Below, one piece after another: positions 1 to 8,035 of a DNA stretch of 64,000 bases (the stretch's first letter is position 1; each line of letters starts with the position of its first letter). The DNA comes from Puniceicoccaceae bacterium. Lineage in GTDB: Bacteria; Verrucomicrobiota; Verrucomicrobiia; Opitutales; Oceanipulchritudinaceae. The DNA is taken from the NCBI GenBank assembly GCA_040830765.1, contig JBFOMH010000026.1, positions 56,386 through 120,385 of the forward strand, in the 5' to 3' direction. The position numbers and the translations under genes were made by a program. The notes under the pieces are model-generated. The model ran no database searches and was not told where the DNA came from. It saw only the letters and a list, made by a program, of their open reading frames with translations.

Positions 1-1367
1 TCCCGCAGCGCGGCTGCGAGGGAATCCGCCTCGGTCTTGGCATAGAGTTGCATCGGATCGAGGACTGCTGCCCCCAAAGCTTCTTCGAAGGCCTCCTGGT
101 TGGCGGAGGTGTCGTAGTTGCTTTGCTCATCCGAACCGAGATTGGACTGGAAGATTCCCGCCGCCGAAACCGGCAGGAAATCCTCATAGGTCTGGGGATC
201 GGCGATGAGGGCACCGGATTCAATTAAGGTTTCCAGGTTGTCCGATTTGCCCGCCGGCACTTTTCCCGGGCCGGCGCGATAGCGGAAATAGGCCAGGCCC
301 TGCTGGCGGAGCTCGTCGAAGTTGTCCGGAAAGGCGGCGAAGCGATTCTCCAGTTCGGCCATGTAGTCAGCCGCATGCTCGCCTTGAGGCCCGATTTGGA
401 CGGCGGCCCGGGTCCGGGCCAGCAAGTCATCATAGTGTGCGCGGCCTGCAGGCGTGAGGGCCACTCCCCGCTGCTCAATTTCACCAAAGCGGGCGGTATG
501 GGAACCCGCCTGACCCCTTTGTCCCTCTCCAACGAAGAGGACGCCCTCTTCCAGTGCCTTGAAGGAGGTCTGGCGCAGAAGGATGGGCGCGGCTCTGCGC
601 GGCGGTCCCTCGACAACCGCCTTGGGGCTGATGTTGCGCTGCGGCATGCGCTGCTGGACGGCGTCGATATCGAGGGTGCGCGGAGTCAGGTGGTTGATGT
701 GGGGGCCCTTGAAACTGACCACATCGGCGATGAGCCGGTGGGCATCGTGCAGGCGGGCATAAGTGGCCTTGTCGACGGTTGCTTCACTGTGCCAGCGGAA
801 GGTCTCCAGTGCTTCCGTGACGAAGGACCCGGCGTCTTCCGAAGAGAGTCCGCCATTGGACTCAGCCTGGTCGATAAGTCTCATGGCCTTGTCGGTAACG
901 ATTTGCCGGCGGGAAAGGATGCCTGCGGCCACCTCCGCAAGATCGGGATCTTCTATTAATTCAAGCCGTAGCAGTGAAGTGAATACACGAAACGGATTGT
1001 GCTGCAGGGAGGACTCGGTGAGGGGCCGGAAGGCGGTCGAATGCACGGGGATGCCGGCCACCGAAAGATCGTAGTAGCCCACTGGATACATCCCCATGAC
1101 CGCGAACATGCGCCGGATAAGGGCCAGTTCGGCGGGCGTGCCCAGCCGGATGGCCCCATGCCGTTCCACATCAAGCCGGCCGATTTCCCCGGACGCTGTC
1201 AGACGCTCCTTAAGGGCCGGGTCGGCTGCCAATGTCTCCGCATTGACCTCGCGGACTAGTTCCATAAGGGTCCCGTATTGCGGAACCTCCGTCCGGTACA
1301 TGTCCGACATGGCGGAGGAGAACAGGGTCCGGATGTCATCCGGATGCATGAAGGCGGGTGTATCCAT
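1..1367 (-). CDS. ydcJ: 2-oxoadipate dioxygenase/decarboxylase (YdcJ/HglS, DUF1338, VOC superfamily); runs off the left edge near its C-terminus
   Basis: Absent from the ORF track. Manual minus-strand translation from ATG 1367 gives MDTPAFMHPDDIRTLFSSAMSDMYRTEVPQYGTL..., VERHGAIRLG, KGPHINHLTPRTL and QTYEDFLPVSAAGIFQSNL, all YdcJ/HglS motifs. Start and end segments share one frame. Confidence 0.9.
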   Translation of the reverse strand, partial: MDTPAFMHPDDIRTLFSSAMSDMYRTEVPQYGTLMELVREVNAETLAADPALKERLTASGEIGRLDVERHGAIRLGTPAELALIRRMFAVMGMYPVGYYDLSVAGIPVHSTAFRPLTESSLQHNPFRVFTSLLRLELIEDPDLAEVAAGILSRRQIVTDKAMRLIDQAESNGGLSSEDAGSFVTEALETFRWHSEATVDKATYARLHDAHRLIADVVSFKGPHINHLTPRTLDIDAVQQRMPQRNISPKAVVEGPPRRAAPILLRQTSFKALEEGVLFVGEGQRGQAGSHTARFGEIEQRGVALTPAGRAHYDDLLARTRAAVQIGPQGEHAADYMAELENRFAAFPDNFDELRQQGLAYFRYRAGPGKVPAGKSDNLETLIESGALIADPQTYEDFLPVSAAGIFQSNLGSDEQSNYDTSANQEAFEEALGAAVLDPMQLYAKTEADSLAAALR

Positions 1368-1370
1368 TCT

Positions 1371-2873
1371 TCAAATCTCAAACTGAACTCCCTGGGCGAG
1401 CGGCAGGGCAGCAGAGTAATTGACGGTTGAAGTCTGCCGGCGCATGTAGCCCTTCCAGGCATCGGAGCCGCTTTCGCGGCCACCGCCGGTGGCTTTTTCC
1501 CCGCCAAAGGCACCGCCTATCTCGGCTCCTGAGGGCCCGATGTTGACATTGGCAATCCCGCAGTCGGAACCAACGGCCGAGAGGAAGGTTTCCGCTTCCC
1601 GCACGTTGAGGGTGAAGATGCAGGAACTGAGCCCTTGCGGGACGGCGTTCTGGATTTCGATCGCTTCCTCGAGGGTCTCGTAATTCATGACGTAGAGGAT
1701 GGGCGCGAAGGTTTCAGTGCGCACAGTCTCGGTCTGTCCCGGCATGAGTACGAGGGCCGGCTTCGCATAGACACCGCCCGGCGTGCCCACTGTCACTGGT
1801 TCGCCTCCAAAGACAACGCCGCCTTCGCTTTTGGCCTGCTTGAGGGCTTCCTGCATGTTGGCCAGTGACTGCGGGTCAATCAAGGGTCCGATCAAGGTGC
1901 CTTCTTCGCGTGGGTCCCCGATCGGCAGGGAGGCGTAGGCGGCTTTCAGTTTCTCCATCAGCTCATCGCATATGGAGTGATGAACAATGAGCCGGCGCAG
2001 GGAGGTACAGCGTTGCCCGGCGGTCCCGACAGCGGAAAAGACAATTGCCCGGACCGCCATTTCCAGGTCCGCAGACGGCGCGACGATCATGGCATTGTTG
2101 CCGCCCAGTTCAAGGATCGGCTTGCCCCAGCGGGCCAGGACCTTGGGACCAACGATGTTGCCCATGCGGGTGGAGCCGGTCGCGGAAAGTACCGGGACGT
2201 CCTGACTTTCCACGAGGACATTGCCAACATCCGGGCCGCCAATGACAACCTGTGCCAGTCCGTCCGGTGCGTCTGAGCCGAATCGGTAGACCGCTCGATC
2301 AAAGATCTTTTGACAGGCCAGCGCGGTCAACGGGGTCTTTTCCGAAGGCTTCCAGATAACCGGATTGCCGGTGGCAATTGCGAGGGCAGCGTTCCATGCC
2401 CAGACCGCCACGGGGAAGTTGAAAGCGGTGATGATGCCGACCGGGCCCAACGGATGCCACGTTTCCCGCATAGCATGTCCCGGGCGTTCCGAGGCGATGG
2501 TCAGGCCGTACAACTGGCGCGACAGGCCGACCGCGAAATCGCAGATATCGACCATTTCCTGTACTTCCCCGAGGCCTTCCGAGACAATCTTCCCTGCCTC
2601 AAGGGTAACCAGTGCGCCCAAGGCATCCTTGGCCGCCCGCAGTTCCTCACCGAGCAGACGAATCAACTCCCCCCGGCGCGGGGGCGGCACCTGGCGCCAT
2701 TCCTTAAACGCCGCTTGGGAGCGGGCAATGACTGCCGGCACGTCTTCGGCCTTCAGTTCGTGGACGGCGGCGATCTCTGCACCGTCGATGGGGGAACAAA
2801 CCCGCAGGGTACCACCGGTCCGTTCGCTTTCATTCAAATTCAATTCCGCCAATACTGATGCCGGATTCATCAT
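1371..2873 (-). CDS. Aldehyde dehydrogenase family 7 (piperideine-6-carboxylate / 2-aminoadipate semialdehyde dehydrogenase, Pcd/AmaB-like)
   Basis: GEVQEMVDICDFAVGLSRQLYG, LELGGNNA, GTAGQRCT, GAEIGGAFGGEKATGGGRESGSD; lysine-catabolism context. Confidence 0.9.
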   Translation of the reverse strand: MMNPASVLAELNLNESERTGGTLRVCSPIDGAEIAAVHELKAEDVPAVIARSQAAFKEWRQVPPPRRGELIRLLGEELRAAKDALGALVTLEAGKIVSEGLGEVQEMVDICDFAVGLSRQLYGLTIASERPGHAMRETWHPLGPVGIITAFNFPVAVWAWNAALAIATGNPVIWKPSEKTPLTALACQKIFDRAVYRFGSDAPDGLAQVVIGGPDVGNVLVESQDVPVLSATGSTRMGNIVGPKVLARWGKPILELGGNNAMIVAPSADLEMAVRAIVFSAVGTAGQRCTSLRRLIVHHSICDELMEKLKAAYASLPIGDPREEGTLIGPLIDPQSLANMQEALKQAKSEGGVVFGGEPVTVGTPGGVYAKPALVLMPGQTETVRTETFAPILYVMNYETLEEAIEIQNAVPQGLSSCIFTLNVREAETFLSAVGSDCGIANVNIGPSGAEIGGAFGGEKATGGGRESGSDAWKGYMRRQTSTVNYSAALPLAQGVQFEI

Positions 2874-2900
2874 GTCGATTTTCCTTTAGAGTAGGTTAGC

Positions 2901-4031
2901 TTAAGGAGCCTCGCCGTAGCGGGATCCGTTCTCGGTTTTCAAAAAGGCTTCCAGGGGAACGTCTTCCTGCTTCAGGAAGCCGTTTTGGGGCAGTGAGCCG
3001 TCACGCACCATCTCGATGACTGCCGCTACTGAGGAGGCAGTCGTCCAGGCAATGGCCCTCCGCTGCTTGCCCATGATATCGAGAGGCTTGAGGGCACGGA
3101 CGAATTCGAGGCGCTGCAAGCGGCCTTCCACTTCCCCTTCCGCGGCTGCATGAATGTAGACGATGTCATCGTCAACCGGCGGCTTTGCATGAACCAGAAT
3201 CTCACCGGCCTCCTGACGCCGTTCATGCATCAGCAGTTCATGGAAAAAGAAGTTCATCAGCTGCACATGCCCCGGATAGCGCATGGTCTTGTAGTCCATG
3301 TCGGGGACACGCCCATGGTAGGTTTCGCACATGGTACCGAGTCCGCCGGAGGTCGTGAAGGCCTCGAGCTCAATTCCGCCAATGACAATTTTTTCAATCC
3401 ACTCCATTGGTGAAACCCATTTGACTTCACCACCTTCGAGAACCTGGCAGTCATTGAGGTATTCATTGACCACGCCTTCTGGGGACCAGTTGAAGGAATA
3501 GCCCATGAGGCCGGCTGGGTGTTGGGGAAGCGCACCCACACGCATCTTGCAGGAGCGGCAGTTGGCGAATTGGCTGATCAGGTGCGCCCCGACAATGCCA
3601 ATGAATCCCGGGGCCAGTCCGCATTGCGGTGCCATCAGTCCCCTCGAGGACTCCGCCAATTTACGGATAGCCTGGGTCGTCGGGACATCTTCCGTCAAAT
3701 CGAAGTAATGCAAACCCAGCTCATGCGCCACCTCTGCGACGCCACGGTTTAAAAAATAGGGCAGACAGGAAAGGACCGCGTCCCGGTTCGCCAGCGCTTT
3801 CTGGAGGCTGGTCTTGTCAGCGACATCCGTCGCCTCAATGGCAAACGGCAGTCCCTCGAATTTCCGGGTATCGAATCCTGTCACTTCAAATCCCGAACCA
3901 TGGAGCAGCTCACCAGCCAGCCGGCCGACCTTGCCCAGACCGAGGACAGCTATCTTTTTCAAGCCTTTCGTGGAAGAGGTGTTCGTTCCGTCTGAAGCCG
4001 ACGATTCCGGGACCAGTGAAGCATTTTTCAT
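2901..4031 (-). CDS. Saccharopine dehydrogenase family protein / L-lysine 6-dehydrogenase-like
   Basis: Rossmann GLGKVG, YFDLTEDV, CGLAPG, WSPEGVVNEY, LEAFTTSGG, YKTMRYPGH. Confidence 0.85.
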   Translation of the reverse strand: MKNASLVPESSASDGTNTSSTKGLKKIAVLGLGKVGRLAGELLHGSGFEVTGFDTRKFEGLPFAIEATDVADKTSLQKALANRDAVLSCLPYFLNRGVAEVAHELGLHYFDLTEDVPTTQAIRKLAESSRGLMAPQCGLAPGFIGIVGAHLISQFANCRSCKMRVGALPQHPAGLMGYSFNWSPEGVVNEYLNDCQVLEGGEVKWVSPMEWIEKIVIGGIELEAFTTSGGLGTMCETYHGRVPDMDYKTMRYPGHVQLMNFFFHELLMHERRQEAGEILVHAKPPVDDDIVYIHAAAEGEVEGRLQRLEFVRALKPLDIMGKQRRAIAWTTASSVAAVIEMVRDGSLPQNGFLKQEDVPLEAFLKTENGSRYGEAP

Positions 4032-4108
4032 GGAAAGAATGGGGTAGGGGGTTATCCGGCCCGACTCAACAGGCTGGTCCTGTATTCAGACATTCAATAG
4101 CCGTTGCG

Positions 4109-4993
4109 TCAACAGTTGTCAGCCGATTGAAAGGCACCGCTTTCCGTCCTATTAGGATTGCTGTTCCTGATGCTCCCGGCCAGTGCCCCAATTGCGAATA
4201 GCTCCCATCCAAACGGGATATAGCCGCCATATCCAGCCAGCGGCATTTCAAAAACATGGAGCACCTCCAGGTAGGGAATGGAGTAAATCCATTTCGGGTA
4301 GGCGTAGATATTCCACATCTCCCAGAAGAATCCGCAAACCAGGGCACCGAGCCCGAAGGCGATGGTGTTTGACAAGGTACCATAGGCAACCTGCCTGATA
4401 AGGGAGGGCCGTCCGCGGAGGGCATTGAGCGGATCCAGAATGAAGAAAACCGATAACCACATGAGGGGGAAGAAAATCCTTGGGAAGGCCAGCATCAGGC
4501 CCAGCATGATCCAGCCGCTTGCGCACAGCCCGAGCAACAAGTTGCGACCCAGTTGGCAGTTCCACCGTCCTTTGAGGTTCTTTATCCAGCCAACCGTGAG
4601 GAGAAGTTCAGCCGTTCCAAACACCGCTGGAATGACCGTTGAGAAGGATAAGGAGGAAAAGAGAAAGTACTCCAAATCCGTGAACGACTCTCGTCCGAGA
4701 TAACTCCAGTTCTGGGTGACCAGGTTCAGCACCTCAAACAGCCACCAAACCGGAATCGAAAGCAGGAAAAGTCCGGCATAACGGAGCCTGCTCCGATGGA
4801 TCAGTGAGGTGCCGCAGCGCTGAAAGACCCATCCGTCAACCACCAGGCAGTAACCGAGCCACTGCGGAAAGAACAGCCAGTGCGTGCGCAGTCCTTCCAG
4901 TCCCCAGTTGAGGACCCAGGCCACCGCCACCAGGACCAGGCCGATCCAGAATCGGATCGGGAAACTCCCTTTATGCGCAGCGGTTGGGCTCAT
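4109..4993 (-). CDS. Uncharacterised multi-pass membrane protein
   Basis: About 8 hydrophobic segments; duplicated motif (WWLFEVLN...NWSY and FFWEMWN...KWIY); FEMPLAGYGGYIPF. Confidence 0.75.
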   Translation of the reverse strand: MSPTAAHKGSFPIRFWIGLVLVAVAWVLNWGLEGLRTHWLFFPQWLGYCLVVDGWVFQRCGTSLIHRSRLRYAGLFLLSIPVWWLFEVLNLVTQNWSYLGRESFTDLEYFLFSSLSFSTVIPAVFGTAELLLTVGWIKNLKGRWNCQLGRNLLLGLCASGWIMLGLMLAFPRIFFPLMWLSVFFILDPLNALRGRPSLIRQVAYGTLSNTIAFGLGALVCGFFWEMWNIYAYPKWIYSIPYLEVLHVFEMPLAGYGGYIPFGWELFAIGALAGSIRNSNPNRTESGAFQSADNC

Positions 4994-5151
4994 GGTGCAA
5001 GGTATCTGCCAGCATAGTGACAGGGGTCTTTACGCTGCAATGAAAAAGCCCGGAATTGCCAAGCGCATGCAGCGCTGTGTTGGTCCAGAGTAGGTACGCC
5101 GACCTGCCTGTTGTCGTAGCGAATCTACTAGATTGAATAGCAGAGACTGGG

Positions 5152-6456
5152 CTATCTGGGATTCTTCCTGTTCAGGCCGCCTTCGAAGATATTACCCCCC
5201 GGCAGGAAGAGAAACAGTTTCCCGCGGCGATCACTTTCGCCAATAAAGATGGTTCCATCGGATCCAGTTGCCATGGCATCAAACTGGTAGGCCCTCTTGG
5301 CATAATAGGGGCTCCGGTCGACAGAGATGTAGCTCCAGTTCGTATAGCCATCATTTGCTTTCGTATCCCAGGAAACCAGTTTGCAAGGTTCGCCCAGTTC
5401 ACCGCAGATCATGTAAAGGGTACCGTCGATTCCCATGGTCGCCGCCCGGACCCGCCGGGCAATCCTGGGCTTGCCCATGTCTTTGACGGATTCTGAAACC
5501 ATGTCCAGTTGGAAAAGGAAGCCGTCTGATGTAGTTCCCCAGATCACGTCGCCCTTGCCGTGAATCAGCTGCTCAACGACCGGGTATCCATAATAGTTCC
5601 ATGACTCAAAATACTCCCCCGGGATAGCACAGGAAAGTGCTTCAAATGCTTGTTCAACAATATCGAAGCGAATGATGCGTCCCTCGTCACCGGATGTAAT
5701 GACATCACCATTTTCAAGACAGAGTAGGGCACGGGGAACGGTACGCCATGTTCGCTCGGGTCCAGAGTAGACCTTCTGGGAAAGGATTGGCCCATAGTTG
5801 TCCACTTTTCCTGTGGTTGGATTCAGGCGGAAGAAATCGGCGTCCGGATAGGTGATTCCATAGATGTTGTTGTCCGCCGGATTGAACGTCAAAGCGTAGA
5901 TCGAGTTGTTCGCCTTGATCAGGCCGAGGTCCTCAACGGTGGCCTCGTCCTCAGGCAGATAGACGGCCTCATCCGCTGCTCCGGTGGTATAGCGGTAAAT
6001 CCTCCCTCCAGTGAACTTGGCATGGTGGTTCTTAATGTCTTTCCATAGAGCTTTTTCAATTTGCCGATGACCACCGGGAATGTCCCGGGTGAGCGAAATT
6101 TCATCCAGCAGGTTCAGGCCTGTCCCGATATATAGATGACCTTGATCATCGGTCACCAGTGTATGGTGAACGCCCTGGGAATCGGGGATTTGTCCCAATG
6201 GCCGAACTTTGTTAATGTGGGGATCGTACAGGAAGAGATAGGATTGTTTTCCGCTGGTTGCTCCATAGACATAGCGACTGTCCGCGGGTCGAAGGAGGGC
6301 GGAAATGCGGCTATGGTCGGCTGGTATTTCAGTTGCTCCCGGGTAACCCAGATCGCGGAAGTCCAAGCGGTGATTGTCATAGTTGGGGCTGACCCATTTT
6401 TGGCCAAAGGCGAGACAGGACAGGTTCAACAGGAGGATGATTGCAATTCGTTTCAT
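5152..6456 (-). CDS. Secreted hypothetical protein, probable beta-propeller
   Basis: Signal peptide MKRIAIILLLNLSCLAFG; repeated blade-like strands (VYGATS, LYIGTG, IYGITYP, IWGTTS, LYMICG, IFIGES). Confidence 0.75.
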   Translation of the reverse strand: MKRIAIILLLNLSCLAFGQKWVSPNYDNHRLDFRDLGYPGATEIPADHSRISALLRPADSRYVYGATSGKQSYLFLYDPHINKVRPLGQIPDSQGVHHTLVTDDQGHLYIGTGLNLLDEISLTRDIPGGHRQIEKALWKDIKNHHAKFTGGRIYRYTTGAADEAVYLPEDEATVEDLGLIKANNSIYALTFNPADNNIYGITYPDADFFRLNPTTGKVDNYGPILSQKVYSGPERTWRTVPRALLCLENGDVITSGDEGRIIRFDIVEQAFEALSCAIPGEYFESWNYYGYPVVEQLIHGKGDVIWGTTSDGFLFQLDMVSESVKDMGKPRIARRVRAATMGIDGTLYMICGELGEPCKLVSWDTKANDGYTNWSYISVDRSPYYAKRAYQFDAMATGSDGTIFIGESDRRGKLFLFLPGGNIFEGGLNRKNPR

Positions 6457-6468
6457 GGCAATGGTTCC

Positions 6469-7824
6469 TTAGTAAGAAGTTGTCGGAAGGGGCATGCTCA
6501 GCAGGGCCATTGAATAGTGCCAAGTCTCCTCAATCTCACCGGCGATGTACTGTTCATCGTGTTCCTCGATAGCCCCGACGAAATAGAGCTTATTGTCCAA
6601 GTGGCTGTAAACGGCTCCACCAAGGCCAAATACAGGCAATCCTTTTGAAGTCTTCATGAGACCGAGTTCCTTCCGCTTGCCGGAATCGATATCATACTCA
6701 ATTAAAACCGAAAGCGGGGGCGTTTTCCTTTCGGTGACCTTGTTGGTGAAATTTCTCTCATCCTTCACATCCCATGATTCAGCGGAGTAGTCGAAAGCGA
6801 CGGAAGTCACGGGTGCGTAATAGGCTCGATTGTTGGGAGCCAGGGTAAAGGCCAGGGTCGCGATCGGAATCTTCTTCGGGTCGTCGTCGAGGTAGCGGTC
6901 CGCACACATCAGGGAAAGCGATTCGATTTCGCCTTCCTCCCCCGAGTTGGGATCAAACCGGAATAGCCGGCAATCCGCGTTGGTGATTCCATAGAAAACT
7001 TTTTCATCATCCTTCCACTCGAGGATACGCCAGAGGGTCTTGCGATCGATTTTGGGATTGGACATGGTTCGCGGCGATACCCGGGGATCGTTGGGTACCC
7101 GAAGGTTGTAGAGATCGTGTATGCGGTCTGTCTCCGGATCATACTTCCAGACGCGATTTACCGGGAAGGCTCCGTAAATGTTCCCTTTGTCATCAGCTAC
7201 GATAGTGCGGCAGATGTCCCAGTCATCGACCCGGCCCTTGGAGACGGTGATGTTCTGCTCCATGTCGTACATGTAAAGATGCCCATCCTCGGCAAGCCCG
7301 TAGATCCGCTGGCGCTTGTTGTCCATGGCGATACCTAGCAGTCCTGCATGCCGGGAAATCATGCCCAGGTTCGTCAGCTTGCGGGTGTCTGGCTCATACT
7401 TGAACCAGTGGGCTCCACGGTAACTGTAGGGATCGATGCACTCCGGACCATTGTCTTCACAGAAGTCCCCGAAATAGATATTCCCCTCAGCGTCTTCCAC
7501 AAAGGGAACATGTATCTTGCCACTGGTCCTGATTCCCTCACCGCGCTCACCTTTGAATATGGATAGGTCGGCAATGTGAATCATGGTGTTCGTTGCGGGA
7601 TCAAATTCATAGAAATTTGCCGCGTCTGCGTGGGTGCATAACCCAATGTAGATTTTTCCCGACTTTGCCGTGTAGACGCCACTCCACATGCTGTCAGGTT
7701 TTCGCCCGCCCGGGAAACGGAATGCCTCCAGTTCAATTGAATCTTGGGCAGTGGCCGGGGTCAGCAGACTCGAAACCGGTACAATGAAGGAGAGAACAAG
7801 GAATTTAAGGATTCGATTTTTCAT
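6469..7824 (-). CDS. Secreted hypothetical protein, probable beta-propeller
   Basis: Signal peptide; blade-like repeats (GKIYIG, GNIYFG, RIYGL, GNIYGA, VFYGI, KLYFVG); 12-bp gap to the next gene. Confidence 0.75.
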   Translation of the reverse strand: MKNRILKFLVLSFIVPVSSLLTPATAQDSIELEAFRFPGGRKPDSMWSGVYTAKSGKIYIGLCTHADAANFYEFDPATNTMIHIADLSIFKGERGEGIRTSGKIHVPFVEDAEGNIYFGDFCEDNGPECIDPYSYRGAHWFKYEPDTRKLTNLGMISRHAGLLGIAMDNKRQRIYGLAEDGHLYMYDMEQNITVSKGRVDDWDICRTIVADDKGNIYGAFPVNRVWKYDPETDRIHDLYNLRVPNDPRVSPRTMSNPKIDRKTLWRILEWKDDEKVFYGITNADCRLFRFDPNSGEEGEIESLSLMCADRYLDDDPKKIPIATLAFTLAPNNRAYYAPVTSVAFDYSAESWDVKDERNFTNKVTERKTPPLSVLIEYDIDSGKRKELGLMKTSKGLPVFGLGGAVYSHLDNKLYFVGAIEEHDEQYIAGEIEETWHYSMALLSMPLPTTSY

Positions 7825-7911
7825 GAGAGTTGATTGCTTCTGAAGCTAGCAGGGAAGAGTGGGTACAGGTGGTATTGGATACTGAATGGGATGAGTCGAT
7901 TAGCAGTTTTA

Positions 7912-7940
7912 ATTTCATTTGTTATTTCATTTTAATTTCA
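7912..7940. promoter_or_regulatory. Three phased ATTTCA direct repeats in an AT-rich divergent promoter region
   Basis: ATTTCA at 7912, 7924 and 7935 (11-12 bp spacing); perfect palindrome TTTATTTCATGAAATAAA nearby at 8074-8091. Confidence 0.4.
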
Positions 7941-8035
7941 AATTTTGGCAAGATTTATTCTTGCTCCAATTTTCCCTTCAGGCAATCATCAATACGGAAT
8001 AACCCCATTATAAAAGCCGATAATACCGCCAAGCC

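Noticed and set aside
375..959. 194-aa plus-strand ORF and other short ORFs in 1-1386
   Set aside because: Antisense or out-of-frame shadows of the minus-strand ydcJ gene
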